A stretch of DNA of 64,000 bases from Octopus vulgaris (lineage: Eukaryota), in assembly GCA_951406725.2 (NCBI GenBank), contig OX597816.1:140492001-140556000 (forward strand). Reading direction: 5' to 3'. Shown here piece after piece: positions 24,101-36,300 of this stretch. Within the stretch, counting starts at the first letter, position 1; the number at the start of each line of letters is the position of its first letter. The notes under the pieces are model-generated. The model worked only from the letters and a program-made list of their open reading frames with translations, did no database searches and was not told the origin of the DNA. A program made the position numbers and the translations under genes.

Positions 24101-27100
24101 AATGAAGGAGAACAAATCTGGAAATGGCCAGGATTGACTATTGCAAAGCTTATGATATGATTTCATATTCATGGATCATTGAGTGCTTAGATCTGTTTGG
24201 AATTGTGAGGAATATGTGTTTCCTGAAGAAAAGAATGGTGGGATGGAAAACTGAACTGACATCTTACAAAAAAAACTTGGGCACCCTGGGTATCAGAAGA
24301 GGGATTTTCCAGGGTGACAGCCTATTTCCATTGCTTTTTGTTCTCTGCATGATACCCATGGCCTTGCTATTTAGGAAAATGAACCTGGGGTACAAACTAA
24401 AGGAAAAATCCCAATCAATCAACCACCTCCTCTTCATGGATGATTTGAAACTGTATAGCAAGGATGAGACACAAGTGAGTTTCTTGAACACAGTTCATGG
24501 TTTTAGTACTGATATTAGAATGGAATTTGAACTCAGAAGTGCAGAATAATCTACCTAAAAAGAGGAAAGGTACAGTCCCTAGCAGGGATACAATTTCCGA
24601 ATAGAGACTTAATTAAATAAATTGAAATGGAAGGATACAAATACTTTAGTGTACTAGAGTTCCAACCGATCGTGGCCGATGCCAGACCGCTCTGGCACCT
24701 GTGGCCGTTGCCAGTGCCGCCTCGACTGGCTTCTGTGCCGGTGGCACATAAAAAGCACCACCCGAACGTGACCGATGCCAACCCCGCCTCAAATGGCTTC
24801 TGTGCCAGTGGTACATAAAAAGCACCATCCGAACGTGGCCGATGCCAGCACCGCCTCGACTGGCTTCTGTGCCGGTGGCACATGAAAAGCACCATCCGAA
24901 TGTGGCCGATGCCAGCACCGCCTCGACTAGCTTCTGTGCTGGTGGCACATAAAAAGCACCAACCGATCGTGGCCGATGCCAGACCCCTCTGGCACCTGTG
25001 CAGGTGGCACGTAAAAATCACCCACTACACTCGCGGAGTGGTTGGCGTTAGGAAGGGCATCCAGCTGTAGAAACACTGCCAGATCAGACTGGAGCCTGGA
25101 GCAGCCCCTGGCTCCCCAGACCCCGGTCAAACCGTCCAACCCGTGCTAGCGCGGAAAATGGACGTTAAACGATGATGATGATGATGAAATGAAAGAGTAA
25201 CTGAGAATGGAGTATTTCCGAAGACTGAGGTTGGTGTTGTGCTCAAAATTGACTGGATGGAATAAAATCCAAGTAGTTAATACGTGGACGACAGCATCAC
25301 TTTGGTATGGAATGGTAATTATAAAATGGCAAAAGAGAGAAATGAAGAAAATGGATACCAAGACCAGAAAAATGTTGACAGTGCACAGAAACTTCCACCC
25401 CAAGAGTGACACTGATAGGCTGTACTTGTCCAGAAGAAAGAGTGGCAGAGGTTTGATCAATTGTCAGGGCTGTACAATTTAGGAAAATAATTTAGGGTGT
25501 TATATAAAAATTGCCATGGAGCAACTGTTGAAACACATGAAGAAGGCCGGCATCATCAAAACTGAAAATTGTGTAATGCAAGAAAAATTTAAACACGAAA
25601 CGTATAAAAATCTAAGTATGTCACTAGTTTTCCAGACATGAGTTCTACTCACGTGTCATGTTTCATCAAAATTGATAAAACGATGTAGGAGGAGTTAGAT
25701 AACGCCACAAACACACCCACAGATTTCCACATATGTAGTAGATGATAGAAGATAACTATGATGGAGTTAGAAAGATGAAAACTTCAGATGAAGTAGTCAA
25801 AGTATTTCTGAGAATAGAGGACCTTTCAAATATGATCATACGAGATCGTAGAAATGCATTAGAAGATAATGCATCAAAGATTTGCTAGCATGATGAGACT
25901 AATGTTGTTGTTGAGATGACAGTGACAGTGATGGAATTAAAAATGTTTCTTTTTTTATTTGTAGAATCAATAGAACTGTATCTTACCTGAAAGGGCATAC
26001 AAGATAGCATCAGGAAAGCTGTAGGTGTATTTAGAAATAAAGGGGCTCAGTGACTTGAGATCCTAAGGAAATAGAATAAAAATAATTAAAACAGAATAAA
26101 TATAATTAAAACAGAATTACAGTTCAATCAAAAGTTTTTTTGTTAAAGTTTAATTTGATAATAAAATTTACTTTGTTTTGGATTTTATTTTTTACTGTTT
26201 TCTTTAGATACAAATGTGGGATCATAAACATCTATATAACATACATAATGTATGTATACTTTTCAAAAGTATGATGCTATGAATTTTCATTCAAAAGAAA
26301 ACTTCTATATAGAGAGTAGTGAGTCATGAGAAAGCCAAATGCATTTCAGCCTTCTTGGGCCTTATCAATAACATGTACTCACTAGTCACATGTCTAAATT
26401 AAATCTGCTCACTGTCATATCTAGGACACTGACTGATACATGCACCGATGTTGTGAATAGCCATTGGGCTTAATAAAAACTCAGTGTATGCAATCAAATA
26501 AGCATTAAATTAAAATAGCCATCTATGTATCATACTTAATACACACACACACACTGTTGAGAGACATGATGCTGTAGATTTTCACTTAAGAGAAAATCTC
26601 TTCATAGACATGCGATGTTAAAAACACAATATGCATCAGAGCATGATGAAAAATTGCCCAGACAGTGATTCACAAGAATACCAGATCCATTTCGGCCTTC
26701 TTAGGCCTAGTTATTAATCATCATTCATCATAATCATCATTTTTAAATCCACTTTTCCATGCTTACATGGGTTGGACAGGTCCTAAATCAGCCATGGTTT
26801 ATTTATTTATTTGATTTGTTTTGTTTTGTTTCATCAGTTAACCATCAACGAACCATAATCATGCCATGGTTTTCAAAAATAGCTGACCAATTAAGTTGTA
26901 GGACTGACCATGACCCCCACCCCACTAGACACAGGGATTCCGAAACTTGTTGATCAGCAAAAAAATAATGAACACTAACACCGCACTTTGGTCCCACCTG
27001 GTTCCTTACTCTCATTAGTACACTCATATACCAAATTTTCCCATGATGGGTTCACCATCTTAGGCTGCTTATGCCATACCATCCACAATGTTGCACCTAC

Positions 27101-27966
27101 TAGCTGGCACTTTACATATAAACTTTCACCTCCATAACACGGACCATACCTTCAAATCCACCACTGTATTTCTATGTAAACATAATGCGAACTGCTGTCT
27201 AAATTCACCCTTCTATAAAAAAACTCCTCCTGAGAACGATTATATTCACCTATCCACAATTAGACAAAATGACATGGTTCTCGGACTACATCACAGGAAG
27301 TCTGTAGCTTATTCCCCTTCCTATACCCAAATAATTTTAATAAGTTGTGCTTCACTAACATCTTCATGTTTGCTCCTATTCTTTTTCTGCCCTTTCAAAA
27401 AGACAAACAAACTGTACCTATTAACTGTTTCTTAAATGTATTAACCCTCCTAACCACTTAGACCCTCTGGAGAAGCCTAGAGGCATATTCATCATCCAAA
27501 CTTTATCTGCCCATCCCTGCAGAACACTGAGGAGATGGAGATGGCATGGAGGATTTCGTTGCCTCTTGGCAGAAATGGGCAAAAGGAAATAGAACCTACT
27601 GTCAATCTCATCTTTTGCTCTTCTCTGTAATATTAGTACATGCATGTGTAACACATAGTTATTACATGTGTATGTATTCTTCTAATACTTTCTAATACTT
27701 AGGAATAAATAAACATATTAGAATGTCTACTGGCTGATCTATGTCATTTTTGTATCCTCTCCATTTTCTTATTTGCCATATAAATTAAGGGTAAACCATT
27801 TTTTACCCCCACCCCCGCCCATATATAACATTGAATTGCGAGATTGGCACACAATAACCAGCACTTGGATATGAATAATTGGGCACACTACCAGCAGCAT
27901 ATTGGATAGATACTATCCCTTAGTTGGTTGGTTTCCCAACCCCTAACTCATACAGATTATATATAC

Positions 27967-28003
<37 letters not shown>

Positions 28004-31000
28004 TACTCACACACTTCACTGAACTAAATCTTTTACTCACAAAGGTTTTCACACTGGTTTCTGGTGTTTCAGAAAAAGTATTCTCTTCAAGGAGTCTCAT
28101 TATTAATCCAGCAGTTTCTGCAAATAAATGTGGCTAAAATCATTAGAAAAAAAAATATATATATATTCATGCCAGCTACAATTCTTTGTCCATAACCTAC
28201 TTACATCTGGTGGCCCAAGCACCTGAGATTTATATTTAGCAATATTTTATATCAAATATCTTATTAAACATTAGCCAAGAATGCTTAAGTTTGGTATCAG
28301 CTGATATACACAATGCCATACACACATTCAACAAAATAATCTTAGATGTAACCAAATCCATATCCTAGAAAGCAACATGAAAATACAAGTGCAATTGCAC
28401 AAAAGAAACAGCCAACTTCTTGAAAACCAGAAACAATATCAAACACAATACACCAAAGAAATAACAACAAATATGATAAACAAATAAACCAGAGGAAACA
28501 GAAAACTGGTAAACATTTGCATCTGATATAAACCTCAAAACTAACAATGAAGCACTATATAGAGCAATTATTAATATTTAGGATCACTGCTTATCATCAG
28601 AGAATCAAGGAAGTAAAAAAAGTGGTAAAAAAATTATGTTGTAACTTTGACTGTACCATATAAAGCACAACATTCACTCAGCACTTTAGCCCCTCTGTAA
28701 GACCCATCTGCATGATACTACAGCCCTCTTTCATTGTATGTATTTATCTAAACAACTAAATCTATAGTCCTTACTGGTTAACCTTATAAGGGCAGACAGG
28801 CTTCTTAGAAGGTCAGACTAGGACCTGGAAAGAAGTAAAAATATGGAACCTCAAAAGCCTTGTGCCATGAAACAAGAACAACAAAATCAAGTCACCATCA
28901 ACCCCAATTAATCAACTCTCACTGACCACCACTCTTTCCCTCATCACTAACATAATATAATGTTAAAGAAAATTAAATATCTCTCAAGTGTCAAAGGCAT
29001 CTTAAGAGTCAATGCTTAGGACTAGTGGTATCAGAAGATAACATCTGTTGAATATGTGTCTTATGGAACCTTCTTCCTTCTTGTTTTCCCAGATAACTAC
29101 AAATTTCATCATCATCATCATTTAGCGTCCGCTTTCCATGCTAGCATGGGTTGGATGGTTCAACTGGGGTCTGGGAGGCCAGAAGGCTGCACCAGGCCCA
29201 GTCTGATCTGACAATGTTTCTACGGCTGGATGCCCTTCCTAACGCCAGGATGCCCTTCCTTTTTAAATGTGTTGATTATCATAGGACTCTAAGGGGAGCT
29301 TCTAATTTATTTTTTTAACTCCAAACATACTAAGTGATTGCTTGAACCTGTTTTATTACTGGCTGTTTACCACATAGTTGGGAGTGATTAGCAATGAAAA
29401 AAGGAAGAAATGAAGAGTCCAAAATCTTACAGAGAATAGATTCCTGATATTTAACTGAACTGGAACAACATAAAATTATGTGTAGTGCTCCAAATAAACA
29501 AAGAAATACCTTGGTGACCCAATACCATATCCGCTTAACTATTTTACCTCAATATTTCCATGCTAGATACAGGGTGTCTTTTATGATGTAATATATGCTA
29601 CTTGTTATGAAATATAGGAGCACATGAAACATAACACCTTCTTATTTCTTCTCATCCTAAAACCCTAGAAAGCACAGAAGTCAAGTAAAATCTTACCTTG
29701 CATTGAACTAGGATTTGTGGAATTTGTAAAGGAACAAATCTGATCCCAGTTATCTCGAACTGAAAAGAATAAGATAAAATATCAATTATTTACAAGTCAC
29801 AAAATGTATTCTTCCCACCCTTTCCCACTTCCTAAAGAGGATATATGTATGTTATGAGACAATGAGATACTCACTGTAATCAGATCATCCATAATGACTT
29901 AATTAATCTTGTTGAGTGGTTAAGTCCACTGGAAATGGAACAGAACATTTCTTCTAGCAACGGCTGCAAGAAAAGCTACATGGTCTCATAACCTGCTGGA
30001 AATTACAACCAAATATCTCTCATATCACATCCAATGTTCTTAGAAAAGGAACTTACTGGATAATGTCTTGAAATTTGTTTGATTGTTGTCCAATAGTGTT
30101 TGATCTTGTCAGCCGTAATTTTTTGGTGTCTGTGTTACAATCCTTATCATTTCACTGGAGATACTTCTTATGGAAAAGTTTCTCTTCCAATGTTTTATTT
30201 ATCCCCAGACTGAACAGACCTATGATTGAAGACATTCAAGCCATGACTATCACAGGTTTATTTATCTAATTTTAAGATGCTGTGAATACAGAACTATGTA
30301 ATTCAATGTATTTTACCTTTTATCAAGATGGTACAGTAAGATCATCATCATCATCATCATCTTCGTTTAGCGTCCGCTTTCCATGCTAGCATGGGTTGGA
30401 CGGTTCAACTGGGGTCTGGGAAGCCAGAAGGCTGCACCAGGCCCAGTCTGATCTGGCAATGTTTCTACGGCTGGATGCCCTTCCTAACGCCAACGTGAGT
30501 GTAGTGAGTGCTTTTTACGGGCCACCGGCACAGGTGCCAGACGAGGCTGGCAAACGGCCACGATCGGATGGTGCTTTTTACGTGCCACCAGCACGGGGGC
30601 CAGGCGAGGCTGGCAATGGCCACAATCGGATGGTGCTTTTTATGTGCCACCGGCACGAGGCCAGTCGGGGCGGCGCTGATGAAAAAGATTTAACTCCTAT
30701 TTCTAGCAGGTCAACCAACCACATAGAAAATTCTTCATTAACTCATGATTTGCTCTTGTTCAATTTGTGCTGTTTATTTTTTTTTTCTTTGCTTAGTTGT
30801 TATGCCAATATTATTACTGAATTCTGAGGCATTGATATCTGCTTTCTGTTGCTGACAGACTATAGCTTCAAAGGAAGCCTTTAGCAGATCTTAACAAAAG
30901 ACTAAACGTTGCTTCACCTGAGGAGCCTTATGTGTAGGAGACAGACACAGTAGTAGTTCTTTAGATTTTGCATGTTTGTTTACTTCTGTGAGAAGGAATG

Positions 31001-32759
31001 AGATGCCAGATCAGAATGGTTCAGCATGAATCTTTGATCAGTACCAGTTGAATACTGGGATTGATATAATTGACTTTCTACTGTAGGCCTTGTGCCTATA
31101 GTAGAAATGATTATTATTATTATTATGAGGATGGCAAGCTGGAAGAATTGTTTGCATGCTGGGCAAAATGTTCAGCAACACTTCATCCATTTTTATGTTC
31201 TAAGTTCAAATTCCACCGAGGTCAACTTTGCCTTTCATCCTCTCAGGGTCCATAAATTAAGTTTCCAGTCAAGCACTGACATTGATGTAATCAACTAGCT
31301 TCCTCCCATAAAATTTCAGGCCTGATACCTATAGTAGAAAGGATAATTATTATTATCATTATTATTATGATAAAATATTAGAAAACCAGTATTATTAGTA
31401 TTATGCTAATTAGGAAAGAAACATGTTGGTATCATACCTGCTTCAGGTGTCATTTTGTCTTTAGTTCTTACAATAGCTCCAGTAGTACGCTCCCATCTCA
31501 CTGAAGAAAAAAAAAATTTCACATAAAATCATGATCATCATTATTATTTTAACACCCACTTTTCCATGCTAAATGGGATGAAGGAATTCATTGAGCCAAC
31601 CACTCTATAGAGTGTACTTGGGTGTCTTTTACTTGATACAAGATTGAGAGATTGAAGAAGAGAGAGAGAATGAGAGAGACTGTTGTTGCTAACCCCAAGT
31701 CAACCCCAATCCAGTAAACCTATGATTAAACACATTCCAGATATCAACATCATCATTTACCATCCATTTCCCATGCTGGCATGGGTTAGATGTTTTAACT
31801 AAAACTGATAAGCCGGAAAGCTGTACCATGCTCCAGTCTGGTTTGGCTTGGTTTCTACAAATGGATGCCTTTCCTCATGCCAACCAATCCATAGAGTGTA
31901 CTTGGGTGTCTTTCACATGTCACCAGCACGGGTGCCTTTTATATATAAGAGAAGATAGACTGAACATGCTTTATTATGTATCACTACCTACCTTTGTGGA
32001 ACGTTACATATATTATAAACAACATTGCATTAATCAATATCACTCAACACTAGTACCATATGCATATCCTCAGATCAGTAAAGCAAAAGAGCCCCATTAT
32101 ATCAGATTTTGATTTTCCAGATTATATACCCACACCAAACGATAAGTTATGTATTACATATATTATATACCTGTGAAGGCACATGGCTCAGTGGTTAGAT
32201 CATCAGGCTCACACTCATGAGGTACTAAGTTTGATTCCCAGACTGGGCTGTGTGTTGTGTTCTTGAACAAGACACACTATTTCACATTGCTCCTGTTCAC
32301 TCATCTGTAGAAATGAGTTGTGACATCACTGTATCAGCCTTTGCTTTTCCTTTGGATAACATCAGTGGTGTGGAGAGGGGAGACTGGTATGCATGAGTGA
32401 CTGCTGGTCTTCCATAAACAACCTTGCCCACACTTGTGCCTCGGAGGGGAACTTCCTAGGTGCAATCCCATGGTCATTCATGACCAAAGGGGATGTTTAC
32501 CCTTTTTACCCTTTATATTATATACATACACTAGAAGATGAGTTTGCGATTTAAGGTTGAATGATCATGCTGTTTTCTTTGTTTTGTTTCCTTTCCTTTG
32601 TTTTTATTTATCTTTGCTTTTTTTTTTATGTCTGCAGAATGCTAAAGATAGTATTTCAGTATAGATACCTAAAGTGGAAAATCAAAATCTGATATGACAG
32701 GGCTTCCACCTACCTGAGGTTATAATTTATCTAATATTCAGCAATGAACAGAATTGAAT

Positions 32760-32812
<53 letters not shown>

Positions 32813-33288
32813 TGTGTGTGCATGCGTGTGTGTGTGTGCATGCGTGTGTGTACACTTCTTTGTAGGATTAGGGAGGTTGCTTAAACTTTGCAGTACTCCA
32901 GTCAAATCCAGGTCAGCAATGAAAATAGCAATGAGGCTGATGACCTGCTGCATTTCAACTTCAATGTATATTTTACATGTAAAGCAATTAATGTTAGATG
33001 TCAAGAGTTCAGTATATGTCAAAGTAGCAGAATAATAGATGTGTAGGCTCAGTGAGTTTATTGCATACATATATATATGCTTCAAGTGAATAACCTAATT
33101 TTCAGAGAAGCTGTTTCATGTTTGCAAAATAGTAATGATGAAAACACACAATATATATGTATTGTGTGGGTGTATAAATACTATTTAAAAAATACAAATA
33201 TGTATATCTATAATGTTGTACATAAGATGGTATTAACCTTAGTTTACATGCTTACAGTCTGCTCAACATTGTCTGTTACTGCAGATAC

Positions 33289-33372
<84 letters not shown>

Positions 33373-36300
33373 AGAGAGAGAGAAAATATCGTTTGCTGCC
33401 AAAATATTTTCTAATATTTATTTTGATATTCTTATATTAATAATGATTTTTTTTTTTTGCAGTTTACTTTATCAATAACTATCTAACCACTGTATATGCC
33501 TAATTTAAACAGACATATAAATGTATTTAGGCCTTTAATATTCCACCACAAAGTTTGGGATTTTTTCTTTTATAAAACCAAGAGTAAAATCAACAATCTG
33601 TATCTATATCTATAACTTATCTACTATTAACACATCACATTTTTTTAATTCCTAATAATTTGATAGGTTGAGATATTTGATATTTTATTTATAATGTTTT
33701 CAAATTTAGGCTATAACAAGAAAGTAGATATTTTTGTTGGCCCAAGAGGTCTAACTGTAGTTCAATAATATGAGAGAACCTTTACATCAAGCAAGACCCA
33801 TTTTTTTAAATAAAGATGGGTCCTATGAGATATTGCACATAATAAAAATGAACCACACTCCAAAAAGAATAGTATAACAAATAGCATTATAGTACAGTGC
33901 ACTATATGTCAGGAAACAAATCATCATCTTTTAATATTCATGTTCCATGCTGGCATGGGTTGGATAGATCCACTGGGTCTAAGGGCTGCATCATGCTATG
34001 TCTGCTCTGGCATGGCTTATACTACTGGATGCTCTTCTTAATGCTAACTTCTTTACAGAGTGTACCAGTGTGGTCACCATGCAAGCTTGAAAGTCTAAAA
34101 TCTCTTTTAAATGACTGAAGGAGAGAGTTAAGTGGCTTTTTACTAGGAAATGAGAAGTATGAGAGAAGAGGCCAGAACAGAATAGGTCTCTAGTTGTAAA
34201 GGAGCTACATGACTATTCACATTAGAGAAAAGAGGGTGAGACTAACTAGACAAAGAGTTAAAAATAGTGGTAACAAGGTGTCAGGGTTTACCCTCAAAGA
34301 ACAAGGTAAGGAGAAACAACAGGGAGAGTGGTTGCAAGAAACTGCATTATGGAAAGTCCACTCCAACCATTGGAGAACACATGAAGCAGTAAAACTCACT
34401 TCAAAGAATAGTCTTACAGGAACTAATACCACTTCATTAGAGCTGGCACCATGACAAGATGCACCCGTATACTCTGTAAAGTGGTTGGCTATAGGCCCTT
34501 TAGTCTGTTTGAGAACATAACAGCCTTTCTAAAGTCAGTGTGTCAATAAAATGCAACCAATACACTCTGTAATGTGTTTGGCATTAAGAAATGCATGCAG
34601 CTAATCACCCATGCCAAAAATGGAATGTATAAGCAAGATAGGAACCCTGACTAATCTAAGAAGGCAATAACTCCCAAAAAAAAAAGATTCAGACTGTAAT
34701 GGCCTCTCCAACACATGCCAGCATGGAAAGTGGACTTACAGAGACGATATTGCATCAGACTTAAAGATTATGTTGCACAGTTAAAAAAAAAATTGTTTAC
34801 ATAATCATAACATTATGCATGCCATACAAAACTTATAGTGGATAGCATGTTGCTCAAGAGTCAGAGGTTGTTCCATGCCTGTTCTACATGACCCATAGGA
34901 ATTGCCAGCCAAATCTCTCACAAATTACACTCTACTACTTTACAAAAATAACCACAATTGCATTTAATAATGTAGTCCTAAACTACCATGTCTGAATAAA
35001 GGAGGAGGTGTTTATGGCTGAAACATATTTTATTACAGTTTTACACTATCAAAACTGACTTAGTATTAAACAACTACTACTACTAATTTGAACCAACAAT
35101 AGAGACACTATAAGGTCACTTAAAAATCCCATAATACTATCTTAAGAAAAGGATGTATATATTTTATATTGTAGTCCTAGATACACTATGTCTGCATCGG
35201 AAGACTAGAGGATCATATCTAAAAGAGGCCTGACACTTGATCGAGGGTGACCTGATGATAAAAGTCAACTACAATTAAATGAGGGCCCACTAGTGATATA
35301 TAGTTGTTATTGCTAGATATACAACATGACTAAACCAAAATTCCCTATATTTGTTAAAACATGCCTATACTAATAAAAAAATTTCTCATAGTTAAGATAG
35401 AAAAATGAAGTTTAAAGATTACATTTTGATATCCAGCCAGCAGCAACTTCAAAAATGCCACCAGTTTCAAGACAGGAACTGTGGCAAAGGAACATCACAA
35501 GTGGTGCTACAAATTTTGGTTTCAAAGCATCAATAACATCTGAAAGATAAATAAATAAATAAATAAATAAATAACAGTAATATTTTATTCCAAGCAATGA
35601 ACACTATAGAGGTAGGCTTATCATTAGGTAAGTCATCTATATCCATTTAATTCAGTTTCTAGATATTCCATTTCATTTGTGTCCTTAATGACCAGGGAAT
35701 GCATGAATGTTTCAATTATTTCGTTTTCAAGAGTGGAGGGCATGGTCAGTGAAGTAGAGTGCCTGCCTGAACATTTTAGTGCACAGTGTGGCTGTGTGGT
35801 AAGAAGTTTGTTTCAGAACCACATGGTTCCAAGTTCAATTCCACTGCGTGACACCTTGTGAACGTGCTTTCTACTATAGCCTTGAGAATGGATTTGGTAA
35901 ATGGAAACTGAAAAAAGCTTGTCATATATATATATATATATATATATATATCTGTGAGTGTCTTTGTGTCTGTCTTTTTCCCCCACCACCACTTGACAAC
36001 CAGTGTTGGTGTGTTTACGTCCCCATAACTTAACAATTCGGCAAAAGAAACCAATACAATAAGTACTAGACTTAAAGAAATTAGTCTTGAGGTCAATTTG
36101 TTTGACTAAAACCTTTCAAAGAAGTGCCCCAGCATGGCCACAGTCAAATGACTAAAACAAGTAAAGGATAAAATATTAGTTAGATATATCACTGTTCTGA
36201 GCGTTCATCCCAGCCAGGATCAATGGAATATACCTAAGTTGTATTAATATGGGTTGGTTTGATCAATTTTATCCTGTTATCCAATGTTTCTTTTAAAAAA

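Noticed and set aside
26960-27260. Possible GIY-YIG C-terminal remnant (TALWSHL..H..FTILG..LHLL)
   Set aside because: Too degenerate to support without a profile search
30915-30950. ctgaggag-cct-tatgtgt-agg-agacag as a hammerhead core
   Set aside because: GAAA and stems I/III are not recognisable; may be chance
2215-35539. Genomic Ser/Arg at positions where orthologues have Gly (WISK, YALS, PTFS, FRRE) as candidates for restorative A-to-I recoding
   Set aside because: The codons are TCA or CGA, which A-to-G editing cannot convert to Gly
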